NCBI GenBank assembly: GCA_002269645.1
Contig: NIVC01000341.1
Location: forward strand, 124,001 to 188,000
Direction: 5' to 3'
From: Macrostomum lignano
Lineage: Eukaryota
Length of the DNA: 64,000 nucleotides
Each line of letters starts with the position of its first letter. Position 1 is the stretch's first letter. The position numbers and the translations under genes are program-made. The notes beneath the pieces were generated by a model. That model had not been told where the DNA came from. It saw nothing but the letters and a program-made list of their open reading frames with translations, and did no database searches. This document shows, in pieces, positions 38,506 through 51,700 of the stretch.

Positions 38506-38584
38506 TGTCGGCGAAACGAGAATTGGCGAAATGAGAATGTCGGCGAAACGAGAATCGGCGAACCGAGAATCGGCGAAATGAGAG
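38506..38584. repeat. Inverted short arm of the same 15/17-bp repeat
   Basis: cggcgaaacgagaattggcgaaatgagaatgtcggcgaaacgagaatc is the reverse complement of the array unit. Confidence 0.9.
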
Positions 38585-40034
38585 GTACCCGTTTTCAGCT
38601 TCTAAAAGAAAGAAATTTACTCTTTCCCTAAAGCGTCGCGGACGTCTGCGGCTGGCTAGAGAATCCCAGAAGCTGTCGTCCGACAAAGTCAGAAAACGTG
38701 AGTAATATGCAAAATTTTTATTGACTATTCATAAAGTAGGTACGCCTTTCCACTCTTAGCTCGTAATATCTTAAACACGAGTGAGTAGTGTGGTCTAGGA
38801 GGATTCCGTTTTACAGGACATGCCCTCCTAAAATTTACTCCTAGACTCCTACAAGTGTCTCCTAGCACTTTAAGTTTACTCTTTTGTTCATTGGACACAT
38901 TTTTGATCAAGGATTCAAGATTTAGGAGACCCCAGACGGTTTAGGAGTCAAGAGTGTTTTATAGAACTTAAAATGTGTCCTTTGTAACTTGTCACTTTGT
39001 TTTATTTAATACCTTTGGAGGACAGAATCACTAAAAAACTCAAAATATTCTTAGATTGTGCAATTTCAAGCCATATAGTTTCAAGCTAATTAAATTTTAG
39101 GATTGTGGAATTGTTATCAGGACTTTTTCACAGAATAAACTTTCTGAAATTTTGGACCTACGCTCGTAAAACGATCGCATAGCTACCTACCAACAAACCA
39201 TTTTTAGTATGTGGACTAGCAATCAGCGCCCCCGTTGGGAGCCAACAATGAATGAAACACTTTTTTGAGTTGTAAAAATTTTTTTTTACAATGTAGCTTC
39301 TACGTACAGCATGTAGCTTCTACGTGCAATAACCTCAGCAATTCCCCTTGTAAGAATTGACATCTCGGCGAATTCCTTCGGAAGCCTTGACAGCTCAGCT
39401 ATTCCCCCACCCCGCGCGTGAACCTAGGCATCTCAACAATGCCCCCATAACCCTAGCCCTAACCCTAACCATAACCCTAAATTCTTGACATTTCAGCAAT
39501 TCCTCCACCGTAAGCTTTGAAATTTCAATAGCTAATTCTCCCCAAGATCCACTTCAAGTCGTGACATCATAGCAATTCCTAAATGAATCCTCTATGTTTG
39601 ACATGACGCTTCATTTATGTCGGACATGACGTTCTTTTCTATTTTAAGTAGCTAACTTTCTTTCTTTTTGACTTAACACATCCTTTATTATTTTATAACG
39701 CTTCTTCTATCGTTGAGGAGCCAACAAAGAATGCCCATTACAATTTTCGATTCTATTTTCGATTCTATTTTATTTTTCTTAGGGTCGCGTCTTAATGTAG
39801 TTTGCCTGCTGAAACTTTAGTTGAATATATTTAACATAAAACGTCAAAATATAGAATGCAAAAAGTAACTCGTCGATTTAATTCATTTTCTTTTCAAGCG
39901 TTAAAAATTCTGTTTAACAGAGCGATTTGAATGCAAAAACAAAACGTTTCACGATTGTATTCCGATTAATCTAGTTTGTCAAACAACATTGTTTTCAAAT
40001 CACGGTAAGATTGAATTCACTGAATTCATTCAAT

Positions 40035-41723
40035 CTACAGAGTCCTCTGACTACCGCTGGAATTCACGCTGCTCTTTGATGTTGCTGAACCCAGCCTTTG
40101 TAGACAGGGTATGTAAAAGTAGTAGAATCTTTTCGATAATCCGGCTATGAACAGAGCGTTGGTGTAGTACGGAATGGTGAACGCGAATGCAGCGAACTTT
40201 TCCGTCAGAATAGCTGAAAATGAGAGCGTTGAGTTTAATGCTGATTGCAATAAAACAGGAAACGGCACGCAAACTGTTGGGTGTTTTACAAAATATTGTA
40301 ATTTCAGCAAAATACAGTTCCACCAAGACATTTGATACGATTTTTCCTGAAAGTTTAAGCACTTTTTCATGTCAGTGTATTAAGAAACCACTGAAAATAG
40401 TGCCGGCCTGGGCAAAATTACATCATCAAAGGTTGAATAGACTATGCAGGAATATATAGGAATTCATGTCAACTTAATGGTCTCCTTAGTTCCATAGGAG
40501 TCAAACCGGTGTTCCGGAGCGACACAGAAGTGATGCCTCTGCTCTCTAGCTAACCACCTGTCGATTGCAGTTGGTTTTGTCCAGAGCTGTACTTCAGGCT
40601 TCATTCTGATGATGCTTCAGCTGACATCCTTTTTTCGTTCATTAAGAGTGGTTAACCGAAAGCAAAATAAAGAGGAATACAATGAAATGATAAAAAACAA
40701 GCCGGATAGTTATAATAGTAAACTGTATTCGACAACTGTCGACTACTTACACACTTTGTAGTCGTAAAATATGTGTACTTGAGTGTTGACAACCATGCAG
40801 ATTCTGGACATCAGGAAGCAGAAAAAGAACGACACGTTCATGCCGAGAAGAATCGCAGTCGCTCGAACTTCATTCTTCTCGCTCGAATTGTGCGTAGCAA
40901 CGCCCATTTGTAAACGTTTCCGCTTCGAGTCAAACAGGACAATAATTATGATAACGGATGAGACGAATGTCAATGCGCAGATAGTGAATATGATGACAAG
41001 CATGATTAAACTGCCAATCGCATGATTGGTCTTATTGGTATTGAAACTAGAGAAGTCCGGTATGCTGCAGCGGCCATAATACCTCCGCCGGCCATCCAGC
41101 GTGGTTACTTTGAACGGCCCCAACCATGCGAACGGCTCAATGAGCAGCATGCAGAAAACCAGCGACGCAGCAGCCGAGATGCCGGCCGCTAATAGCATCA
41201 GGCATCGGTCGCGAAATTTCGTTAGAACAAACTTCGCTTTCAGTGGATACTTGACCGCATAGGTGCGAATCAGTGAGCAGATTGTTAGCGCCACCGGTGA
41301 CAGAATCACTGGGTAGTACAAGATGAAGAAGAATATCTTGCACATTACTTCCTGCAGCTCCTTGTCTTCAGCACGTATCAGACCCCACATTAGGTACATG
41401 AAGTCCATTCCAGGCGTTTCCCTTGAGTCCGGATTGGCGTTTTGGAAGTCCACAGTAATGAGCTCGTACAGTCGATAGAGCGTGCTGCAGACATCGGCGC
41501 TGAGAACGACCAAGAACCAGCTCCTGGCTGACTGTGAGTAGCCCGACTGTCCCCTGACTAGAAAGATTATCGTGAGAATTTGAAGCAGAAATCCCAGCGG
41601 AAATCCAACAGCCTTTACGACGCCAGAGTGATACTCAATATCTCGCTTCAATTCAGTACGCAGAAGGTTGAGAAACCCTCTATAAATCTTTTCCTCTGGC
41701 CAAGTCCCGTTTCTGCGCTGCAT
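40035..41723 (-). CDS. Class A-like 7TM GPCR, paralog 2, 2 coding exons
   Basis: Exon 41723-40751, intron 40750-40214, exon 40213-40035; near-identical to the 28879-30569 gene. Confidence 0.88.
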
Positions 41724-42357
41724 CTCAAATTCTCGATAGGCTAAAATTTTAGAAGATATTTTGATAAATAAAATCTTCGGGGAGCTTTATTTATTAAATC
41801 CATAGCAACTTAACAGAAACATGTAGCTATGGGTATAATTAAAAAGTTCGAACGTTGAAAATATATTTTGTACTTACCGGCGTAGTCTTTGAAATCTTTA
41901 GACATTTTTTGCTTCTGTCATACTTACAATACAGGTTATATACGTCGTACTTCGCTCAATTTGAACCAACAATGCGTCTGAGTTCCAAACTGTCAATACG
42001 TTTGTTTAAATACACGCATTTTCCAGTAATTTCTCACAGAAGTAAACAAGGGCGGTACCCAAAGTAAAATCCCTCTTTGGTTTGGGGCTGCATGCAGTTA
42101 TTGGGCTTTCCGATTATTGCTTGCCATCGCCTCATTCGGCAATATTTGTGCAAATTAATTTTGCAACATGTGCTGATGGACAAGTTAGTGACAAGGATTT
42201 AGTGTGCTTACTAAAATTATTGAGACCGCTGTCGGTAAAGAGGGTGTGAATTGATCGTAAGAGTCAAAATGGAGCCGGAAACAAAATATTTATTAAAACC
42301 TATAAAAAGAGATTTATCATGGTCATCTCGTCATTCAAGCATTTGAAGCTCTAGGGA

Positions 42358-43581
42358 CGGGGGCGTCGCCAACACACACCTACAATTATTCAATGGCTAA
42401 TGCTGGCACCCATTTTACAGCTGGGTGAACTGAAGCAATGCAGAGTTGAGCGCCTTGCTCGAGGACACAAATTTTTCCGAGTGGGTCGAGAATCGAACCC
42501 CTGACCTTTCAGTCGTGAGTTCCGACGCCCTAACCACTGGGCTACAACCTCGCAGTGGCGTCGCCAACGGGGGAAAGGGGGGACATGTCCCCCCAATAAA
42601 AGACCTGGCAGGGACATGACAATTCTTTGTCCCCCCACCCCGTACCTTGACCCGTTATGGAAATAAAAAAATTTGCTACAGGGCGACAAAACATAGCGAC
42701 TGCGGCGCTAAAATGAGTGCCTGCGGCGCTAAAATGAGTGCCTGCGGCGCTAAACTGAGTGCCTGCGGCGCTAAATGAGTGCCTGCGGCGTTAAAATGAG
42801 TGCCTGCGGCGCTAAAATGAGTGCCTGCAGCGCTAAACTGAGTGCCCGCGGCGCTATAATGAGTGCCTGCGGCGCTAAAATGAGTGCTTGCGGCGCTAAA
42901 ATGAGTGCTTGCGGCGCCAAAATGAGTGCCTGTGCGGCGCTAAAATGAGTGCCTGTGCGGCGCTAAAATGAGTGCCTGCGGCGCTAAACTGAGTGCCTGC
43001 GGCGCTAAAATGAGTGCCTGCGGCGCTAAAATGAGTGCCTGCGGCGCTAAAATGAGTGCATGCGGCGCTAAAATGAGTGCCTGTGCGGCGCTATAATGAT
43101 TGCCCGCGGCGCTATAATGAGTGCCTGCGGCGCTAAACTGAGTGCCTGTGCGGCGCTAAACTGAGTGCCTGTGGCGCTAAAATAAGTGCCTGTGCGGCGC
43201 TAAAATGAGTGCCTGCGGCGCTAAAATGAGTGCCTGTGCGGCGCTAAAATGAGTGCCTGTGGCGCTAAAATGAGTGCCTGCGGAGCTAAACTGAGTGCCT
43301 GCGGAGCTAAAATGTGTGTCTCCGGCGCCAAAATGAGTGCCTGTGCGGCGCTAAACTGAGTGCCTGTGCGAAGCTAAACTGAGTGCCTGTGGCACTAAAA
43401 TGAGTGCCTGTTCGGCGCTAAAATGAGTGCCTGTGCGGCGCTAAAATGAGTGCCTGTTCGGCGCTAAAATGAGTGCTGACAACACCGATTCTGAAAATAA
43501 TGTACATGTAGGAATTTAGTCATGTACATGTATAATTGTTGGCTTCGTCCCGCCACCATAAAATCCATGGCGACGGCCCTG
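42358..43581. mobile_element. hAT-like MITE carrying a 21-bp minisatellite (gcggcgctaaaatgagtgcct, ~42700-43475)
   Basis: Imperfect TIR cgggggcgtcgcca / tggcgacggccctg (12/14); no 8-bp TSD found. Confidence 0.5.
42374..42556 (-). mobile_element. tRNA-derived SINE with a V/Meta-type core and 12-bp TSD
   Basis: A box gtagcccagtggttagg; B box ggttcgattc; core gtgtcctcgagcaaggcgctcaac..cccagctgtaaaatgggt; (TG)n tail; ggcgtcgccaac at 42362-42373 and 42557-42568. Confidence 0.8.
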
Positions 43582-45068
43582 CCAACCCCACTTATACATC
43601 GAGCTACATGTAAAAATAACTAACGAGCTTTATATACATTATAAACAAAATGGCGGTAATTTTTTAACTAGATGGTACATGTGCATGCATTATTTTTGGA
43701 AAGTTATTCCGTCCTATTAAAATATTTCTTTGTGAATCCCTTCACGTGCAGCTGTACCCATCACGTGCTTCATCATAATTAGTTGTTGACGATGCTATAC
43801 AAACAAACACTTGATATAAATGAGTGCGTTCGACTGTATTGTAATAGGGGCGTGGCTTTCGCCCCGGAGCGTTTCCAGAAAGGCTGGCGGGTTGGAAAGC
43901 CAAAATACCACATGTAGCTTAGCTAATCTTTTTGTCTTTTTATCTTTTTATCTTTTTGTCTTTTTGTCTGCAGTGACTTTCAAAAAACGACAAAAAGTTT
44001 AACGTAATTATAATAAAATAAGAAGTAATCTCGAGTTTGAATTATCATAATAAGCGCACCGTTCTCAAATCTTTGGGGCTCATGTTTGGTTGCAATTTTT
44101 CGATCTAGACTAGAGCTTGGCAACTTATGCAGAAAAAAGTTAAAAAAGCCAAGAAAAATCCACGCATCGTGGATACACCAATCTTTCGTAGAGAGTTTTA
44201 CGACCTTAACCTCAGAATTATTTAGCAACATTAGATGTATAAGCAACAATTATTTAAATATTGTTAATGCGCAGTAATGTAACTAAAAAATCAACCATAA
44301 TTAAGCTGCATGTATCGAAACTTCGAAACTTCATAAGCCCGAAATTTCTCGTCGAAAACCTTACATCCAGCAAGTCACTTCATAGGGTCGAAATTTTACA
44401 ACGCCGAAAACTACTGGATATGGCTCTTGTTATGTTAAGTTTTCAACCTTGTGAAAGTGGCTGCTAAATCTGGGTTTTCGACGTTTCCTAACGTTCAGTC
44501 TCCAGCAGAGCATGTGATTCCCACTGCGATCTAACTGCGAGAAAGAGATGATCTTGCTATGGGATTGGGAAGCCACTGTGGCGCCCAACACCTCTGATTT
44601 GGCGTCCGTTATCAAAAGTGTGTGTATTACCCGAGTTGCAGAACTCAAGGGTTGTAATGGCAATGTAAAGACAGGATTGATATACATGCAATATGCACTC
44701 ATGAGCGCCAACCCCCAAGGCACAAAGCTAGTGTACAGGGCTGACGATTAGAAAGTAATGCAGGACCATGGTACACCCTGTTAAGAGTTAAAAATATAAC
44801 ATTAACATTGACAACTGGCAAAATTCTATGTCAATAAGATTGTCATTAACTTAATCAATGCAAAAAATTTGCGGGTAACCGTGTGGAAATTTGCGGGCAC
44901 TATGTTAGAGATAGGCAGAAAGTTGAGAAAGTCTATGGTCGAAGGCTTTTTTTTCGGTGGATGGGCAAATCTTTGTGCCATAGACTAAACACTCGGATTA
45001 ATCGAGAGGACGGGGTTGAAGCAACGATTCTAGAAAGTTCTGTCTGTCAAATCAACTACTGACTAAGA

Positions 45069-45538
45069 ATGTTGAGCTATGCGAATCTGCCCGACCAACT
45101 TATCAGTGGTCTGTCAACAGAGGAGTTGAATTGGGTGTCGTCAGAGTCAGCAACCCGCTATTTGGAAGAATTGAGTGGCGTGTTCGCTCGACAACTAGAC
45201 GCTGAAGAGATTCAGCAGGACCTATGCGAAGATCAGGACCATCGCGGTTAACACCGGCCTTAAAGAATTCAGCGAGCGTAGAGCGCTATACGCGAGTGAG
45301 GCGCGATGCCGACTTCCGTGCGATGTCATCAGCGCTGAGCGTCGAGACAAGCGCCTCCCAGGTCTCTATCCGTCGTGTTGGTCAGGATGGTGAAGTGGCG
45401 ATCAGTGAGATATTGAAACCAAGGGCTATTAAAACCAAGTATGAAGAACGGCAATCAGAGCCGGCTGCAATCGGCGTGAACTTTAACGGGACCTTCCAGA
45501 ATTGCACGTTTAATCTAACTGGAGTTGGTAAGCAGTAG
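45069..45538 (+). mobile_element. Internally deleted Crypton derivative
   Basis: N-terminus MLSYANLP..GLSTEEL..SESATRY aligns with MIRYANIP..GLSTDEL..RESSTRY. C-terminus KNSASVERY..MSSAL..FQNCTFN aligns with KNSSSVDVY..MSACL..FHNCTFN. The catalytic core is missing. Confidence 0.8.
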
Positions 45539-47810
45539 CTTGGAAAAAGTAAAATGTCGTTTGATTGAATGAACGAAACTAACAAGCCGAAAATTGTTGC
45601 GTTACTGTTACGAAAATATAAAAGTACGAAAGCGTAAAAGAAAACTAAATCATAATAATCCTATAAAAGTATAATTTCTTTTCAAATATAAAAGCATACT
45701 TGGTCATACTTTACCATAGGCTACGAAAATTCGAGACGAAATTTCATTCATTGATACCCCGAAAAGGGACACTTGAGCTCAGGAAAGTTAATGACAATCT
45801 GAAGTTTTAACCCTAAACCAGAAGATATAGGTAGAAAACTATGAAATGCCCAGGCGCAGTGAAGGGCGAGGCAGAAAAGCACAATGGAACCCCTAGATAG
45901 CTATTAGAAGGGCAAACAGAAGCAGCATTAAGACAATTAATAAACTGTCAAGTCAGGTATGAATGACCGAATCTAATAAAGCCTCTTTCCATTCCAGCGA
46001 CTAGCAACACCCGCGCAGGCACAATGGCGCTCAAACCGGCCGGGAGAAGCCCGACTCAGACAGCAATGACGTCAAAAAGAGCAATCGGTCCGTGGCACGC
46101 GTAAGAACCGGGCGAACTTTGGAGGACAATCGCACGGCCCGCCCCACGGACTTCTATCCAACCCGAAGCTGGCCAACAAGAAGGCGAGATCAACCCAAAG
46201 TAGCTTGACAACCGAGAGAGAGAGAGAGGACTGTTTAATCATCTATGGTTAGAGTTAAGAGAAGGAAGATTTCTATCCCAAAATTTATCCAACTCAACGC
46301 ATAGATTTGCAAAATCCCGAATAATCTCTAACCCACACACTTAGCAACCTACTAGATGTAGAAATAACTAAGCTTCCTTTTTCCCATCTTGCGCGATTTC
46401 AGATCTTAACTCGCTCTATTTGTGCTGGTCTCTGGATTATCCAGTTAATAAGGATTATCCGATAAGGCACCAGAGAAAAACGCGTATAATGAGCCACGGT
46501 TCCTGCTTACAGTATCCGAGATCACCGAAATTCGTTTTCACGAATTCACCGAAAGCGTTGCGTTAAAAGGTGGTGCCTAAAACATCCTGCAATATATTTA
46601 TGACTCAATAATATTTTATTGCTCCTCGCAGTAAAGTTACAGTTAAACTTTAAAATGAAATGGATACAGTGTGCATGTACTTTGGGCAAAAAGGTAACGT
46701 TATGACTATGGTATTAAACATTTCAATAGCTTTTTTAGGTGCAATAATAGATCGGCACAAGCAAGCAAGCAAGCTGCAGTCGAAAAAGTGCCTATTTAGT
46801 GCGCGCCTCTGTTCGCCGGCAAGTTCTCATCACCTACATGTATTTTGAGATAGCGAAACAGACCAGTCTGCCGGCAGAACCGTCTCAACCCCCAACAACC
46901 GTCGTCTTAAACAACGCCCACCCTCCGGCGATCAGATAGGCAGGACCAACTGCTGACATTAAGAAAGTTCCGACCGGTTCCGACCGCTGCTACACAATGC
47001 AAACTCTTGGGTTAATTAGGCAGAAAGCAGAAACGACGGTTGAAGAAGCATGTTTAGTGCTCTGATATCCTGTGAATTGGTGCTAATGCAAACTAATTTC
47101 TGTTATGTGCATGTTTATAAAACTCACAAAGAATTTGAGCGGTCTCAAACACATAAGGATAAATCTAAATCGATAAATCTAAGTCTTGGTGAACTGCATT
47201 GCCTACGATCTTGTGGCACTCTGCATGGAATGGAGCAAGCAGAAATGCGCCGCGGATTGCGTGAATTTAAACGTTAAGCCTGATTTCTCTGAATTCCTAA
47301 AAGTTTTTTCTGGAATTTTTGCTAAAAGTTAGAATAGAGATGCTATTATATTTTATTTATTATTTGGTGCAATGTTTCAACTTGCTGTTTTGGAGGAGAG
47401 ATCTTTTAACCACAAATGCCAACTCGGCTGAACCAGCAAGCCCACTCAAAAAATTTGATTGAATGTTAAAACTTTTTAAGGCATACTTTTATATACTAAT
47501 CTATCAATTTTCAAGCTTTTTCTGGGGCACGGGCTTAAAAGTGGATAGGACCCAGCTAGCGACATATACGAGTAGAAGCGAACTACCGGGCTTAAAATTA
47601 GATGCATTAAAACAAAATATTTTCCAAAAAAATACGAATTAAACTAGCTTGCTTTAATGTATGATTTATTAATTTTTATAAAGTTTAGAGATCCTTCCAT
47701 TTGTACATCAAAGGAAATAAATGTTACTAATTCTTTATTATGCAGAATGACACTAGAAACAAAGCTTCAACTTTAGGAATTCTTGCGCTAAACATGAACA
47801 GAATCTATTC

Positions 47811-47822
47811 GAAAACGAAACT
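47811..47822 (+). promoter_or_regulatory. ISRE/IRF-E consensus GAAANNGAAACT
   Basis: gaaaacgaaact, ~985 bp upstream of the IRF ATG. Confidence 0.3.
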
Positions 47823-48795
47823 CGATTGCTATTAATAGAATCAAAGACTCAGATGGGCCACTAAACAATTAATTTTTTTAACTGTGATCCATTGTGCTCA
47901 ACCGAAACAATTTTCTATCAACAAGTTGCACTATTGCAAAACTCGATTCCGAAACTACACCTTGTCCTTGTCTAAGTTGTCTTCTCTGGAGTCTGAGTCT
48001 GAATTGTGATACTCGTCTGTGTTTCACAGATTTTTAGTTTAGCGTAGCGGGTAGTTTAGCGTTTTGATATAGATTTTTCCTGGGCCTAATGTTAGTTTTT
48101 TTTAAATAGCCAACAATCCTTAAAACGGTGGATTTGAGTAAAAAAAGTTGTTTAATTCTTTTTCTACTTTTTGGTTAAAATTCATTCAAAGAGTCCAAAG
48201 ACAAATCTTAATAGCTATAGCTCGAACTAGTTATTTGTTGCTAAGCAACAACAACAACAAGTTATTTTCTGTATGAAAAGAGTCATATTTTTTGGTATGA
48301 ACTTTATACATCGTCTTAAATCTACATAGTTTTACATCAGTTAGGTGGGACATATAGCATTGATTTTGTTCAAAAGTAGACCCATGTAATTTTATGCTAA
48401 AACAATTATTAGCTACTATTTTGATATGGGAAAAGTTCTAGTTTTGTCATTAACAGGTTTTAAATATGGAATAGAATAACCATATTCATTAACACACTAA
48501 GCCATGCACTGAGGCTAGGCTAAATGAAATGAATTCTTGTTGTAATTATTAAATAATCAATCACATACCTACCTATTTACCTAGAAAAGACAAACCATTT
48601 TTAGTATAGTGGATAGGATAATCCAGTAGAATATTTTTTAAAATCAAAATTTCGATTTCCTGCTAGCAGCTGTAGAGGTTATACTCTTTTAGTGTGATTT
48701 TTATGTATTTAGAGTTAAAATGTTTAAATCATGTGTCAAAAACATGTAATATTGTGCATATCTGTTGATCTTTGGTCATTGTCAACATATACTGC

Positions 48796-51700
48796 ATGGC
48801 TCCAAAAGCAAAGCACATGCTGACTACCTGGCTTAAAACCAGACTTAATGAAGGCCGATTCCAAAGATTGGCCTGGGTAGACAAGAGTGCTGGCATTTTC
48901 ACCATGTCCTGGATGCACCACAATAGCAGCTCTTGGAATCCGGAGGAGTTCGAGGTAAGGTTTGGAATTTACTTAGAACTTCTAATTTTACTATTTTTTG
49001 TCCATAAAGTTGCTATAGATTCATGTAAAACTATGGTCTTGATTCATTTGAAATTTCAGGTGTTTCTCGATTGGGAGAGATACAGCAATAGGAACAAGGC
49101 TACCGGCAACGCAGGCGACTGCTCAGACTGGACGGCCTGCAAGGCTCGACTTCGCTGCGCTATCAATAAGAGCCCGTGAGAATCTGCAATGACCATCCCA
49201 TCCATTTAGGCTTACTAGGAGTCACAGATAAGGGTAGACACCATCCAGAGTCAGGGATGAGAATAAATATCACCCAGAGTCACAGATAGAATAGACATCA
49301 TCTAGAGTCAGGGATGAGAATAGACATCATCCAGATTCAGAGCTGAGAATAGACATCATCTAGAGTCAGAGCTGAGAATAGACATCATCTAGAGTCAGGG
49401 ATGAGAATAGACATCATCCAGATTCAGAGCTGAGAATAGACATCATCTAGAGTCAGAGCTGAGAATAGACATCATCTAGAGTGAGGGATGAGAATAGACA
49501 TCATCCAGAGTCAGAGCTGAGAATAGACATCATCCAGAGTCAGAGCTGAGAATAGACATCATCTAGAGTGAGGGATGAGAATAGACATCATCTAGAGTCA
49601 GGGCTGAGAATAGACATCATCCAGAGTCAGAGCTGAGAATAGACATCATCTAGAGTGAGGGATGAGAATAGACATCATCCAGAGTCAGAGCTGAGAATAG
49701 ACATCATCCAGAGTCAGAGCTGAGAATAGACATCATCTAGAGTGAGGGATGAGAATAGACATCATCTAGAGTTAGGGATGAGAATAGACATCATCCAGAG
49801 TCAGAGCTGAGAATAGACATCATCTAGAGTTAGGGATGAGAATAGACATCATCCAGAGTCAGAGTTGAGAATAGACATCATCTAGAGTGAGGGATGAGAA
49901 TAGACATCATCCAGAGTCAGAGCTGAGAATAGACATCATCTAGAGTTAGGGATGAGAATAGACATCATCCAGAGTCAGAGTTGAGAATAGACATCATCTA
50001 GAGTGAGGGATGAGAATAGACATCATCCAGAGTCAGAGCTGAGAATAGACATCATTCAGATTCAGAGCTTAGAATAGACAGAATCTAGAGTCAGAACTGA
50101 GAATAGACATCATCCAGATTCAGAGCTGAGAATAGACATCATCCAGAGTCAGAGCTGAGAATAGACATCATCTAGAGTCAGAGCTGAGAATAGACATCAT
50201 CTAGAGTCAGAGCTGAGAATAGACATCATCCAGAATATCCTCTCCTCACTGCAGCCTCATCAAAGTCGTCGACCGAAAGCCGAGAAACGGGCAGCGCAGA
50301 TTTCAACTGGTAAACTTAACGCCTAGCGACGAGGAATACTCGAAGCTACAGCGCGACAAACTACTTCAACGCCAGGAACGTCAACGGCAGGTTGAGCTGC
50401 ACCGTCAACAGAATCTGATGGCCCAACTGCGACACCGTCGGCTACTTCAGCTCGGCGAAGAGCTGGCCAGAGCAATCGGCGGATTTCCCGACGCTTGTCC
50501 AACGCTGAGCACCGATGAGAGTGCTTGGCTGTTGGATCCGGCCAGTCCCAGCGGTGGGGCATTCCTGCTGGTGTTTCACCACATGAAACACCGGCTGTTC
50601 CATCAGCTCATCACGAATCCTGCTGGGGCCTGCATTCAATGCGGCCAGCTGCTAGGGGAAGAGCAGGGATTTGTGGTTGGGTGAGTTCACTGTTCCGTGT
50701 CAAATTATAGACCCGGGGCACGGGTACATTCCTGACGATCAAGAAAGTCAGGGGGCGCTGTACACCCTGAGTGAGCGTGTGTATGAGTGCATGAAATGCG
50801 ATTTTCAAAGTTTTCAAACATCGTCACATTACATGCACATATGCTCCGATTAACTTCTCAAGTGTGGGAGTAGTAGACACGTTGAGCAGCGGGGTAGACA
50901 CTCAAATTCACTTGACCCTGCAAAAATCAATATCAGGACCTATCGCAGGATATTCCCATGCATTGTTCGATTAAGAGAATAATACATGCATTACTGAGCT
51001 CCTACATACGGGTCTACATCTAACTTGAAAAGTAAAAAAATATTTGCAAGCGGTGATACTTTGCGCTTCGATCCTCAGGTGTGCCGAGCCGGAGCAGACA
51101 GGGGACACCCAGACGGAGCCGGGAGCAGTGCAGCAACCAGAGTTGGTGTCGGTCGATGTCCCAGACGCCGTGGCCAAGCACAAGTGGCTCATCTCTGACG
51201 TGCTCGTCTTTCTCAGCGGGGGTCTGCAGCTTCGAGTTTATCAATCTAACGGCGATTTTATCATTGAAGCTAATCGAAAGTGAGTTACAGCGGCAAAGCT
51301 TTTGATTATTGCTACTAACAGTAGAATAAATGCGTTTTTCAGTCATTTTAACATGCTAGAAAGTTACAAGAGCCTGACAAGAGATTTACGTCCACTTTTA
51401 AACTGTAGATCTTTTTAAATATCATTGAAGGTCAAACCCACAGTCATTTCTCTCGCAGACACACTCATACATGAGTACAGAGGCTCAGCCTTTCTAATCG
51501 TCAGATCATGGTGTACATCACTCTGCAGATACGGCTCTTGCTCAAGGACTGACTACTCAAGTAGAAGGACGTGAAGCTTCGTTTCTTGGAAAATTTTAGG
51601 AGGCAGGTTTTTTCCGAAAAACTACAAACTACGGAAATTGGAAGTTTGCATGTTTTCAATACAAAATTTGTTATTGCTTTTGATAGGAGGCAGACCCAAA

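Noticed and set aside
49230-50233. CRISPR-like 29-bp periodic repeats (also the 21-, 23- and 40-bp arrays)
   Set aside because: Head-to-tail units with no unique spacers, no cas genes, and located in eukaryotic introns.
50711-50853. Extra IRF exon (DPGHGYIPDDQ..CMKC)
   Set aside because: Its phase does not fit the 50680 donor (it gives an early stop), and exon 3 joins exon 4 cleanly without it.
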